Virus record (IMG/VR): IMGVR_UViG_3300043411_000921
Location: 62,001-126,000 of that record
DNA: 64,000 nt
Strand: one strand, 5' to 3'
The notes beneath the pieces were generated by a model. It worked only from the letters and a program-made list of their open reading frames with translations. It was not told the origin of the DNA and made no database searches. Position 1 is the first letter of the stretch. Every line of letters starts with the position of its first letter. Shown here in pieces: positions 19,314 to 28,499 of the stretch. The position numbers and the translations under genes are program-made.

Positions 19314-19958
19314 ATGCCAGAAAACAAACAATGGGCAACAAAAGAGGTAGCAGTTCAACACGGTTATCTCTCCCCACCTTCCCAACCCCTTCCCAGCCAT
19401 CTAGCAGCAATCCAAGCAATCAAACCATTCCTTCTTCAACTTCGCAAGTCTGATAAAGATAAACTCTACGTCAGTGACTTGGGCTGTGGAAATGGAAGAA
19501 TGATCCTTGCTCTCGAACAAGTGCTTGGTCCTTCTGTTCCATTTGGTTATGTCGGATACGATTTCAACGAATCTTGCTTGGAGGAAGCGAGAAGGAATTT
19601 CCCAGATCGCTTTTTCATGACAATGGATTTGGATGCTTATGATGGTATGGCCCCAACCCATTCAGATTTGGTTATCCTTGACAGCACCTTGTCGATGGTA
19701 GAAAGACCCAAAGAACTCCTCCTCGGGCTTCTAAAAGCCAACAGAGCGGTTCTGGTGGAGCGTATCAGAACCGGAGAAAAAACAGTCAGAGAAGAATATG
19801 TTTGGGGAGGAATGACTCAGCCATCAGTCAACTGGGCATTCCACCCTTCCTTCTTCTTTGAAGTTGCCAATGAATCAGGTTGCATGATCGCTCACAGAAG
19901 CGACACACGAATCCTTTTTGTGAAAGATGAAGACGAAGAAAACAGCAATGATGAATAA
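19314..19958 (+). CDS. Class I SAM-dependent methyltransferase
   Basis: VSDLGCGNGRM, YVGYDFN. Confidence 0.8.
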   Translation: MPENKQWATKEVAVQHGYLSPPSQPLPSHLAAIQAIKPFLLQLRKSDKDKLYVSDLGCGNGRMILALEQVLGPSVPFGYVGYDFNESCLEEARRNFPDRFFMTMDLDAYDGMAPTHSDLVILDSTLSMVERPKELLLGLLKANRAVLVERIRTGEKTVREEYVWGGMTQPSVNWAFHPSFFFEVANESGCMIAHRSDTRILFVKDEDEENSNDE

Positions 19959-20871
19959 CAATCAGACAACAACAATCAGTGTGATCGGGAATGGATTTGT
20001 GGGTGGCGCAGTTGCCAATGGCTTCTCAAGGCTCAATCCAAAGGTTTACGACATTGATCCGAAAAGATCAACGTGCTCCCTAACAGAAGCTCTTGAATCA
20101 AAATTCATCTTTGTCTGTCTTCCAACCCCAATGGTAAGTGCAGAAGGTGGAGAAGCAAATCTCTCCATCATCGAATCCTTCTTTCAACAAGCATTCCAAC
20201 ATTCCATCAATCCCTCTTCTGTCTTTGTCATCAAATCAACAGTTCCAGTAGGAACAACCAAAAGACTTCAGAAACAATTCCCTGGTTTGAGGTTGGTTCA
20301 CAATCCAGAGTTCCTGACAGCAGCAAGGGCCAACCTGGATTTCATCAATGCAGACAGAACTGTTTTGGGTGGTGATGACCAGGATGCCCTTCAATCGCTC
20401 CAGGAGCTTTATGCGGGCGAGTTCCCTCATGTTCCTACCCTTACCATGTCCAGCACCGACAGCGAGCTTGTAAAATACTCTGCGAACTGTTTCCTGGCAA
20501 CCAAGACCATGTTCTTCAACGAGATCAAATTCCTCGCTGAGAAAATGGGTGCAACCTATGAGAACGTTGTCGCGGGAGTTGTCTCCGACAAAAGAATTGG
20601 TCCGAGTCACACAAAAGTTCCCGGACCTGATGGAGACTACGGGTTTGGTGGTACCTGTTTCCCCAAAGACATCAATGCCCTTGTTTCAACGATTGAAAGT
20701 TGTCAAGAAGATTGCTTAGTGGAAGATAACCAGAAGAGGGATCCAAAAGGGACTCATATAGTTCCTTCACCTTCGTCTAAGATTTTCAAAGCTGTCTGGG
20801 AGAGGAACAAGGAAGTTAGGAAGAACTGGGATTGGGCATCCAGTCCATCTGCCGTGAAAGGTCTGTCGTGA
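19948..20871 (+). CDS. ugd: UDP-glucose/GDP-mannose 6-dehydrogenase, short form lacking the C-terminal domain
   Basis: VIGNGFVG, VCLPTP, IKSTV, NPEFL, ELVKYSANCFLA, GFGGTCFPKD; carries repeat copy 2 near the C-terminus. Confidence 0.85.
   Translation: MMNNNQTTTISVIGNGFVGGAVANGFSRLNPKVYDIDPKRSTCSLTEALESKFIFVCLPTPMVSAEGGEANLSIIESFFQQAFQHSINPSSVFVIKSTVPVGTTKRLQKQFPGLRLVHNPEFLTAARANLDFINADRTVLGGDDQDALQSLQELYAGEFPHVPTLTMSSTDSELVKYSANCFLATKTMFFNEIKFLAEKMGATYENVVAGVVSDKRIGPSHTKVPGPDGDYGFGGTCFPKDINALVSTIESCQEDCLVEDNQKRDPKGTHIVPSPSSKIFKAVWERNKEVRKNWDWASSPSAVKGLS
20716..20746 (+). repeat. Dispersed repeat, copy 2 (in frame in the dehydrogenase)
   Basis: TTAGTGGAAGATAACCAGAAGAGGGATCCAA, encoding LVEDNQKRDP. 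Confidence 0.9.
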
Positions 20872-21117
20872 AAGTCAAGACGGCACTGCAATCCAAAACC
20901 GTACTCGAAAGACTACTATCATAAAGTCAAAGGCATTCCCGCCAAAGAAGTCTGGAAAAGGGACAAACAAAGAGTCAAAGCCTTGAAAGCTCTTGGTTAT
21001 TCAGTCTTCGTTGTTTGGGAAAATGATTTCAAAGATGAGCGAACTAAGACACTGGAAGGTGTCAAAGAATTTCTAGGGAAAGAGAATGAATCAACAACAA
21101 CTTCAACAGCCTGTTAG
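20872..21117 (+). pseudogene. 5'-truncated Vsr/EDxHD-like endonuclease remnant
   Basis: HCNPKPYSKDYYHKVKGIPAKEVWKRDKQRVKALKALGYSVFVVWENDFK; no in-frame start before the motif; the frame is closed upstream by the ugd TGA. Confidence 0.7.
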
Positions 21118-22649
21118 GAAAAACAAGATCCTGGTATTGAGCGACCATCCATTAAACTGACTTGTGACAGTGGATGTAAAATTGGGTGAATTGCTGGAAA
21201 CTCCTGAGAGCAGCACACGCAACAGCAAAACTGGAAACGGTATGTGCGATTGCAAAAAAGATGTGTTGATTGGACAATCAGCAGCCAAGCTCCTGTCTGG
21301 AAACAGTGGAGAAGGTTCAACGACTACGGTTAGCCTAAAAGCTCTTGCTCATGGCGATGATCCGACAGCGCCCAGCAATTCGACAATCGAATTGATGATA
21401 TAGTCTGTTCGTTGGTGAAAATCAGCGAGTAAACGTGTGTACTTCGGGTGTTGGTACCCAAAGCCGCTTTCTTATTCATGGTCTTGTAGCAACGGGAAGA
21501 TATTCGTTCCGTTGTCTTGGAGGAGCGATCAAACACCCGAACTATGATCCAATCGTAGTAAACCCAGATTTCATCATCAAACCTGTTGATGGCTTCGGAG
21601 ACAGGAATATGATCAGGAACCTCCTGATCAATGAAAGACCAGACGCGGTTCTACTGTTCACAGATCCAAGACAGTTTATGTGGCTTTGGGAAATGGAAGA
21701 TGAGATTCATCAGGTTTGCCCTATCGCTTATTGGCACGTCTGGGACAATGATCCATACCCTGCATTCAACGATGTTTGGTATCACTCAACAGACCTGATC
21801 AACTGTCTTTCTCACAAAACCTACGAGCTTGTCAAACCTCATTTTCCAGAGAGAACAAACTACATTCCTCACGCCTTTCCGAAAGAGGTTTATCATCCTC
21901 TTCCAGCAGAGACAGTAAAACAACTGAGGAGTGTGAATTACAAGGAGCGTGCTGACTGGTTCATTGGAGCTTGGATCAACAGGAATGCAACCAGGAAGAT
22001 GCCAAACGATGTCTTGATGTCTTGGAAGATGTTTTTGGATGATCTGGAGAAGAAGGAAGGTCACAGGAAGGCAATGCTCGTGATGCACACTGACCCACAA
22101 GACACAGAAGGACCAAACCTTTTTGCAACCGTCGAGAACCTTGGATTGACCAGTAATGTTGTGTTCTCAACTCAAAAGGTTGATTTCAACGACATGAATG
22201 CGCTTTACAACTCAGTTGATTTTATTGTGAACGTGTCGAAGGCAGAAGGGTTTGGATTGGCAACCTTGTCTGGTTTGATGGTTGGGAAACCGATCATTGC
22301 ACTGAAGACTGGGGGAATGACACGTCAGGTTGTGGATTATCGAGATGGAACAGAGCATGGGGTTGCCATTGATCCAGCTTGCAGAGTTCTTGTTGGCTCT
22401 CAGATGGTTCCTTACATCTTCGACGATCACTTCAAACATGAAGATTTGTCAGCAGCCTTTCTAAAGGTTTATTCCATGTCTCCAGAAGAGAAAGAAGTGC
22501 TTACCAAAAAGAACATTGCTTATGCTGAACACGAGTTCGGTTATGAGAAGATGATCTCTGAGTGGGATAGGACTCTGGATAAAGTGATCAGAGATTTCAA
22601 GAGCAACCCACCAAAACGCTGGACATGCTCCAAACTCAACAACAAGTGA
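21086..22649 (+). CDS. GT4 glycosyltransferase, spliced: join(21086..21152,21436..22649), 426 aa
   Basis: Exon 1 gives MNQQQLQQPVRKNKILVLSDHP; splicing restores SDHPLCTSGVGTQ; later EGFGL, GKPII motifs. Confidence 0.85.
21153..21435 (+). ncRNA. Group I self-splicing intron, no internal ORF (283 nt)
   Basis: P AATTGCTGGAAA 21189, Q AATCAGCAG 21276, R GTTCAACGACTA 21315, S ATGATATAGTCT 21395; P1 CATCCAT/GTGGATG with U-G at the splice site; P9 hairpin 21409-21428; terminal G 21435; frame restored. Confidence 0.92.
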
Positions 22650-22660
22650 ATAACAACACA

Positions 22661-23878
22661 ATGAACACTTCATCCACAAAGAAAACTGTTCTGCTTAGGG
22701 GTCCATTGTTGGTACATGCCGGTTACGGCGTGCATACCCGTCAAATTGCTCGTTGGCTGTTTCGTGTTGCATCCGAACAACACGATCTTGACATTACAAC
22801 CGAACCACTTCCTTGGGGAGACACACACCTTCTCGTAGACCCAGAAGCAGAAGATGGACTCATTGGACAAATCCTTCAAGCTTCGGGAAACAAGAAGTCC
22901 TTCTACGATGTAACAATCCAAGTCCAGCTTCCAAACGAATGGAATCCTTTCTTGGGAAATTTTAACGTTGGTGTGACTGCTGGAGTTGAGACAGATAAGT
23001 GCAATCCAGCTTGGATTGATTGCATCAACAGGATGGACATGGTTGTTGTTCCCAGCACCTTCACCAAAGAAACCTTCATGGCAACAGGTGAAATCAAAGT
23101 TCCTGTTGCTGTGATCCCAGAAGCGTTTCCAGACGCAATGCAAGACCAGAACCAACTTATTCCAGAGGATCCAGACTTGGATTTGGGGTTGACAACAAAG
23201 TTCAATTTGTTGGTTGTTGGTCAGTTGACAGGAACTAATCCTGAGAATGACAGGAAGAACCTTCCTTACACTCTCAAGTGGATTGCTGAAACTTTTGCAG
23301 GCAACAAAGATATTGGTGTGATTGTCAAGACGAATGCTGGAGCACAGACACAACTTGACAAGAAGAACGTTGAAGGAATTTTCAAGAAGCTTGTTACCGA
23401 GATTCAGCCTGCTGGTGTTCCTGGTCCAACCTTTTATCTTCTTCATGGTCACATGACTGATGAAGAGATGAACAGGCTGTATCGGCACAAGGAAATTGCA
23501 GCCCTGATTTCTTTGACACACGGCGAAGGTTATGGACTTCCCATTCTTGAAGCTGCTGCTTGCGGTCTTCCAGTGATTGCAACAAACTGGAGTGGGCATC
23601 TTGAATTCCTGAAGCATGGAAAGTTTATTCCGGTTGACAGGATGTTGGGAGAGGTTCCAGCTTCCAGGGTCGATGGTCAAATCTTCCTTGCTGGAATGAA
23701 GTGGGCCAACCCAGTTGAGATTGACGTGAAGAGAAGGTTGAGGAAGTTTTACGAGTCTTCTTCTATGCCAAAGCAATGGGCGAGGGAATTGGCTCGTGTG
23801 ATTCAGAAGGAATACTCGTTCGACGCGGTATCCAGTATTTACTCAAAAGCCCTTGGTGGCGTTTTGGGGAGTTCCTGA
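22661..23878 (+). CDS. GT4 glycosyltransferase
   Basis: GYGVHTR, GVTAGVETD, VVVPSTFTK, RKNL, THGEGYGLPILEAAACGLPVIATNWSGHLEFL. Confidence 0.85.
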   Translation: MNTSSTKKTVLLRGPLLVHAGYGVHTRQIARWLFRVASEQHDLDITTEPLPWGDTHLLVDPEAEDGLIGQILQASGNKKSFYDVTIQVQLPNEWNPFLGNFNVGVTAGVETDKCNPAWIDCINRMDMVVVPSTFTKETFMATGEIKVPVAVIPEAFPDAMQDQNQLIPEDPDLDLGLTTKFNLLVVGQLTGTNPENDRKNLPYTLKWIAETFAGNKDIGVIVKTNAGAQTQLDKKNVEGIFKKLVTEIQPAGVPGPTFYLLHGHMTDEEMNRLYRHKEIAALISLTHGEGYGLPILEAAACGLPVIATNWSGHLEFLKHGKFIPVDRMLGEVPASRVDGQIFLAGMKWANPVEIDVKRRLRKFYESSSMPKQWARELARVIQKEYSFDAVSSIYSKALGGVLGSS

Positions 23879-24201
23879 TGTTCCTGTATGTTTTTCTTCT
23901 GGCTCTTGTTGTCGCAACGGGGTTTGCGGCCTTCTTTGCTATTCGCTGGGCGAAGATTATCTTTCTTCTTGAGGATGATTTGTCGGAGGCGATTGAGATT
24001 CATGAGAGGACCGCAGCGACGCTAGAAGGCATTTTGAAGACGCCAATGTTCTTCGACTCACCAGAGATCAAGCGAGCTGCAACGGAGGCTCTGGATAATG
24101 TCAAGGTGTGTCAGACAGCCACCCAGAAATTGGTTTACAACTTCACACAACGCAGCAAGCAGCGATATGTCAGGATTGAAGAAAGCGTAGAATCAGAATA
24201 A
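23878..24201 (+). CDS. Small membrane-anchored hypothetical protein
   Basis: ATG overlaps the upstream TGA; N-terminal hydrophobic helix MFLYVFLLALVVATGFAAFFAI. Confidence 0.6.
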   Translation: MFLYVFLLALVVATGFAAFFAIRWAKIIFLLEDDLSEAIEIHERTAATLEGILKTPMFFDSPEIKRAATEALDNVKVCQTATQKLVYNFTQRSKQRYVRIEESVESE

Positions 24202-24202
24202 C

Positions 24203-24997
24203 ATGCCACCAGCCGGAAGAAAAATCATCAAGCGCAAACCAAAAGGTGGCGCGACTCCCCAAGAGTTCTATTTCAACGCAGGAACACAAGACTCCATCGT
24301 CGAGTTCAACAACGAAAAAGATGTCAAGATAAAGACCAAAATCTTTGTCGAAGGAATCCTTCCAGCATTCAACAAACTGGTAGAAAACCTCATCAACGTC
24401 TATGGCTTCCAAATTCAATACGAAAGCAGACACGATCTTCAGGCAGAGACTGTTCAGTTTCTCTATGGAGCACTTGCCAAGTTTGATCCATCCAAAGGAA
24501 CCAAAGCCTTTTCTTACTTCAATGTCGTTGCCAAAAACTTCCTGATTTGCCGTTCCAAGCAAAGTCACAGGATTATCAACACTTTCACTTCCCTCGATGA
24601 TCGAGAGACTCTTTCCGCTCACGATTTGGAAACGATTGAAAACCACAACATCTCTATCTCCCCAGAAGAAGCATTGATCAATGAACACAATGCCAAAAAG
24701 CTTGCTCGTCTCCTTCAACTGATTCAAGACCAAACAACAACAGAAAATGAAGTGGAAGCTTTCAAGGGAATTCGTGTTCTGTTTGACAACTTGGAAGACT
24801 TGGACTTTTTGAACAAGCGAGCGGTGATGCTTTATCTGAGGGAGATAACCACCCTGAAAAGCCCAAAGCAACTCAGCAGTGTTCTTACCGTCTTGAAGAA
24901 GTATTACAAAACAGCAAAGGAACAACTGGAAATTCAGGAAGGTGAAAGGTTGGCCCCTGCTCAACCAGAAGAGGAAGAAGTTGAGTTGCAGTCATGA
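24203..24997 (+). CDS. Phage sigma factor, T4 gp55-like late sigma
   Basis: Region-2-like DLQAETVQFLYGALAKFDPSKGTKAFSYFNVVAKNFLI; precedes the structural module. Confidence 0.7.
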   Translation: MPPAGRKIIKRKPKGGATPQEFYFNAGTQDSIVEFNNEKDVKIKTKIFVEGILPAFNKLVENLINVYGFQIQYESRHDLQAETVQFLYGALAKFDPSKGTKAFSYFNVVAKNFLICRSKQSHRIINTFTSLDDRETLSAHDLETIENHNISISPEEALINEHNAKKLARLLQLIQDQTTTENEVEAFKGIRVLFDNLEDLDFLNKRAVMLYLREITTLKSPKQLSSVLTVLKKYYKTAKEQLEIQEGERLAPAQPEEEEVELQS

Positions 24998-25431
24998 CAG
25001 CAGAAAGCAAAACCATTCTTTCAAACATTGAATTGGTGGGAGAACTCCCTCATCCAAGTTCCAGCATGAAGAAAGCAATCAGAGATACGGACGAAGACCT
25101 GAACGACTTCTCTCTTCTCTTGGATTCAATCACAACGATTGATGAGAAGTTGAAGATGCTCTGGAAGCAGATTTATAGCAACAGCCTAGAAGATCGACGG
25201 AATGCCCATCTTATTTGGCTGGATCTTTATACTATCGTCATGGGTAATCCAGAGCAGCATGTTATTCATGGAGATCACTTGAGCAAGTATCTTGAGCGTA
25301 TGGAAAAAGCAAACACGCAACTGTTGAAGTTGGCTGAGTTGGTTTACAAGGCCAAAGAGAAACAAGAAGCGGATGAGCTTCCTTCAAGTGGAAACTTGTT
25401 TCAGCAACTCAAGAGCAATATGCGGGGATGA
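24994..25431 (+). CDS. Helical hypothetical protein
   Basis: 145-aa ORF ATGA-coupled to the sigma gene. Confidence 0.6.
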   Translation: MTAESKTILSNIELVGELPHPSSSMKKAIRDTDEDLNDFSLLLDSITTIDEKLKMLWKQIYSNSLEDRRNAHLIWLDLYTIVMGNPEQHVIHGDHLSKYLERMEKANTQLLKLAELVYKAKEKQEADELPSSGNLFQQLKSNMRG

Positions 25432-25440
25432 CGTTTTGGC

Positions 25441-25446
25441 TACTTA
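25441..25446 (+). promoter_or_regulatory. Putative late promoter core TACTTA
   Basis: 10 nt before ATG 25457; motif recurs before other late genes. Confidence 0.45.
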
Positions 25447-25456
25447 GGAGCCTTAG

Positions 25457-27232
25457 ATGTCATCTCACACAAACATTAACGTTGGTCGTGTTTTAGCTGG
25501 TGCAACAACACCAGTTCTCGACCTTTCCAAACCAACCGTAGACCTTCTCTCCTCTGGGACTCCTCCAACCTTCCAAAAAGGCGTTGTAGAGGAAATCGTC
25601 TGGAATCCAAAGGCACTTAACTCCCTCGAAAAAGACAGACTTCGTGCTCTGGTTGTCAATCCAGAGTCCGTTGAAAACATTGCTGCAAACAGTGTTGTTG
25701 CTATGATAGTTTCTGATGGTGTCAGTGATGCCACAGCAACAAGGGTTCTTCTTTCCCCCTTCTTCCAAAGTCACTTCATGCTCCCAGTTCAAATTGGAGA
25801 GCAAATAACCGTTGTGTTTGAGGACTTCCACAAGTACGGTTATAGAAGTGGGAAATGGATTACAAGATCTCCAGAAGGTTTCATGGTTGAAGATGCCAAC
25901 TTCACTCACGGAGACAGACGTTTCTTTGTTGAAACAATCAATGGCGTTTTAAGAACAAGTTCTTCTCTCGCAAGACAATCGACACAACCTGGAAGTTTTT
26001 CTCCTGGGTTTCCGAACGGTGGGGGAACAGCAGAAACAGCAACTCTTCCACAAGCAGGATCAACAAACCCTTTTGATCTTCTTTATCAGAAGTCGATTTC
26101 TGGGTCCATGAAGCACACCTACGAGGTTGTTCCAAGGTGGACAAAACATCCTCAAGAATTTGTCATCCAGGGAATGAACAACGCTCTGATTGTTTTGGGC
26201 CAAGACCGACCAGGAGGCTTATTAGAGCCCGCTGAGGTTCGTCCTTATGCTGGGTGCATTGATATGGTTGCAGGGCGCGGAAGGTACCTTCTCGAACCAG
26301 CAACGGCCACATCCACAACCTCCTCTCCACTCACAGCATTCAACTCCAGAAGCCTGCTCGAAACAGACAAGACACCCAAGCTGAATGGCAAACCAGGAGA
26401 GAACCTCAACGAAGGTGAACCTGATTTGGCAAGAGATGCTGTGAGACTTCATCTCTCAATGAGAACTGAAGGCGATAAAAACTTCAGGTTGCAGAGAACA
26501 ACTTCTGGGGCTGCAAACAACGCAATGCAACCAGCAGGATTAAACTTCTCAACCAATAGTCTTTTTCCAATTCAATTCCCCTCTTCCAGCAACGGAACAG
26601 GAAATTCATATCTGGTTGGAAAAGCAGATCATGTGCGCTTGATCGCAAGACGTTCATTGCCTTCGGATAATGCAATTGAACCGATAAGTGGAAGTGTTTT
26701 GATTTTGAAGGAAGGGAAGAACAGAACACCTGACAGTGCAAATGCTGGTGCGCCTCCAAATGACTCGTTGGCTTATTTGTATATGTCTCCAGAAGGAAGA
26801 GTCCAGGTTGATGGGTTGCAGATTTTCCTTGGTGGAGCCTCTCTCAACCCTCTCAACAATGGAAATCAACAACCTCCACCTGATCGACCAAGAAACCCAG
26901 AAGGTTCAACAGCAGAACTCACCATTGGTGAAGAAAATAGGTTTGCTGGGTTGGAGCCTTATATCAAGTGGACAGAGTTCAAAAAGGTTGTGGAAGGCTT
27001 GCAACGGCAAGTTGATGCACTGCAAACAGCTTATTCTGCTCTTGTAGAAGATATGAAGACTGCTGGGCAGTTGAGTGTGTGTTCTCCAGGGGGACCAGAT
27101 ACCGCTTGGGCAACCCTAAACCCAAACATCACTCTCAGAAGAAACAACTTGAGAGCAGCTATCAACCAGCACAGAGTTTCAACCAACCAAGCTGTTTATC
27201 GAAGCCGTAGTTCCAAAATCTTTGGACAATGA
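25457..27232 (+). CDS. Baseplate spike / gp5-gpV-like protein
   Basis: OB-fold-like LPVQIGEQITVVFED, FVIQGMNNALIVLGQDR; immediately upstream of gp25/gp6-like genes. Confidence 0.55.
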   Translation: MSSHTNINVGRVLAGATTPVLDLSKPTVDLLSSGTPPTFQKGVVEEIVWNPKALNSLEKDRLRALVVNPESVENIAANSVVAMIVSDGVSDATATRVLLSPFFQSHFMLPVQIGEQITVVFEDFHKYGYRSGKWITRSPEGFMVEDANFTHGDRRFFVETINGVLRTSSSLARQSTQPGSFSPGFPNGGGTAETATLPQAGSTNPFDLLYQKSISGSMKHTYEVVPRWTKHPQEFVIQGMNNALIVLGQDRPGGLLEPAEVRPYAGCIDMVAGRGRYLLEPATATSTTSSPLTAFNSRSLLETDKTPKLNGKPGENLNEGEPDLARDAVRLHLSMRTEGDKNFRLQRTTSGAANNAMQPAGLNFSTNSLFPIQFPSSSNGTGNSYLVGKADHVRLIARRSLPSDNAIEPISGSVLILKEGKNRTPDSANAGAPPNDSLAYLYMSPEGRVQVDGLQIFLGGASLNPLNNGNQQPPPDRPRNPEGSTAELTIGEENRFAGLEPYIKWTEFKKVVEGLQRQVDALQTAYSALVEDMKTAGQLSVCSPGGPDTAWATLNPNITLRRNNLRAAINQHRVSTNQAVYRSRSSKIFGQ

Positions 27233-27250
27233 AGGAAAAGGAAGTTTTCA

Positions 27251-28012
27251 ATGTCACAAGATGACTTGGCAAGGATCAGAGCAGAATCAACTGCTCAAAC
27301 CTTCAGGGAAACACAAAACACTGCAAATGTTGCTGCGAACACAGCAAAACTTGCCGCTGTTTCCACTGCAATAACAGCACTCCCAGCACCCGTGAATGCA
27401 GCAACAAGGATTTTGGGTGATGGTCTTTACGCAGCTTTCAAATTTCCTGTGACTGGAGTGAGGCAACCCGCTCCAGTTTCAGCAGATCCAATCAAACTGA
27501 TGGCTTACGCAATGGCTTTCTCTATCCTGAAAGCCTTGTGGTGTTTTATCAAGTCGCTCTTGAACCCTTTGCCATTCATTGGATCTTTTTTCCCTCTGTG
27601 CCCAAATGACCCTGACGGGGTTGGGTCTGATAGTTCTGACCCGGACAACATCAAGCTGAACCAAGCGAGCATGGCATTTGCTGGCGCTGTGGGGAATATA
27701 GAGAGCCTCCAAGGGGTCCAAGCACCTCCGGGACCATCCGGGGATTTCGGAGGCTCTATTAATCCTCCTGGAGCGATTCTCGATGCCGGGGAATCTTTTG
27801 AGGAGTACATTTCAAGAACTGCTGGTTTTTCAGGGGTTACATCTTCGGGAGTGGAGGATAACCAGAAGAGGGATCCAAGAGAGGGATTAATACAGATTGT
27901 TCCCACTTCTCAAACTCCGACAATCAATCCACCTGCTGAACCTGAGAGTTCCAGGGGATCTGGGTACGGGGAAGAATTTGCGAATGATTTGCGGAGAGGA
28001 TTTGGTCTATGA
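27251..28012 (+). CDS. Hypothetical baseplate-region protein
   Basis: 253-aa ORF; low-complexity C-terminal half contains repeat copy 3. Confidence 0.55.
   Translation: MSQDDLARIRAESTAQTFRETQNTANVAANTAKLAAVSTAITALPAPVNAATRILGDGLYAAFKFPVTGVRQPAPVSADPIKLMAYAMAFSILKALWCFIKSLLNPLPFIGSFFPLCPNDPDGVGSDSSDPDNIKLNQASMAFAGAVGNIESLQGVQAPPGPSGDFGGSINPPGAILDAGESFEEYISRTAGFSGVTSSGVEDNQKRDPREGLIQIVPTSQTPTINPPAEPESSRGSGYGEEFANDLRRGFGL
27850..27886 (+). repeat. Dispersed repeat, copy 3 (in frame)
   Basis: AGTGGAGGATAACCAGAAGAGGGATCCAAGAGAGGGA, encoding VEDNQKRDPREG. Confidence 0.9.
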
Positions 28013-28491
28013 CAACAAGGAGTTTCAAGAGTTCGGGTATAACTGGAGCTGATCTTACGACACAAAGGCAAGCAGTAGCTCCAGCGCCAAAACCTGTTGG
28101 CATCAAAACACCATTGCGACAAGGAACCAATGGAAGTGGTATCCTTGACATGCACTTCTCTGTTGCAGATCAGATGAAGAACAACCTCAGAGACTTGATT
28201 TTAACAAATTGGGGAGAAAGACTTGGATTGTTTGATTACGGAGCAAACCTTCTTCCGTTGGCTGCTGAGTATGAGAGAGGGAAGGATTGGTTTGATGATG
28301 AAGCGGTTGTGAGGATTAGGGCTGCTGCTGCAAAATACATGCCATTTGTTGAATTGGAGACTTACGAAAGTGTGTTTGTTGAAGGTGGATCAACCGATGG
28401 GTTGGGGATTGTCAGAATCACTGTTTATTACAGTATTCCAAGGGCTTTGGTTCCAACGACGGCTCTCCAAGTAACCTTTGCGGTGTCATAA
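28009..28491 (+). CDS. Baseplate wedge subunit, gp25/GpW-like
   Basis: QMKNNLRDLILTNWGERLGLFDYGANL...KYMPFVEL. Confidence 0.85.
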   Translation: MTTRSFKSSGITGADLTTQRQAVAPAPKPVGIKTPLRQGTNGSGILDMHFSVADQMKNNLRDLILTNWGERLGLFDYGANLLPLAAEYERGKDWFDDEAVVRIRAAAAKYMPFVELETYESVFVEGGSTDGLGIVRITVYYSIPRALVPTTALQVTFAVS

Positions 28492-28499
28492 CTAAACCC

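Noticed and set aside
20869-20871. TGA read-through or alternative genetic code fusing ugd to the endonuclease fragment
   Set aside because: TGA, TAG and TAA all end genes at tight junctions (many ATGA overlaps), and the fragment lacks the N-terminal catalytic half, so a remnant is simpler.
21435-21437. ORF-track GTG start of the GT4 gene
   Set aside because: It spans the intron terminal G and the first exon-2 bases; the real N-terminus is at 21086.
10077-23878. Eukaryotic giant-virus or cellular origin of the glycan cluster
   Set aside because: Flanked by gp25/gp6-like baseplate, gp55-like sigma, gp32-like SSB and RecA genes with bacterial-style overlapping operons.
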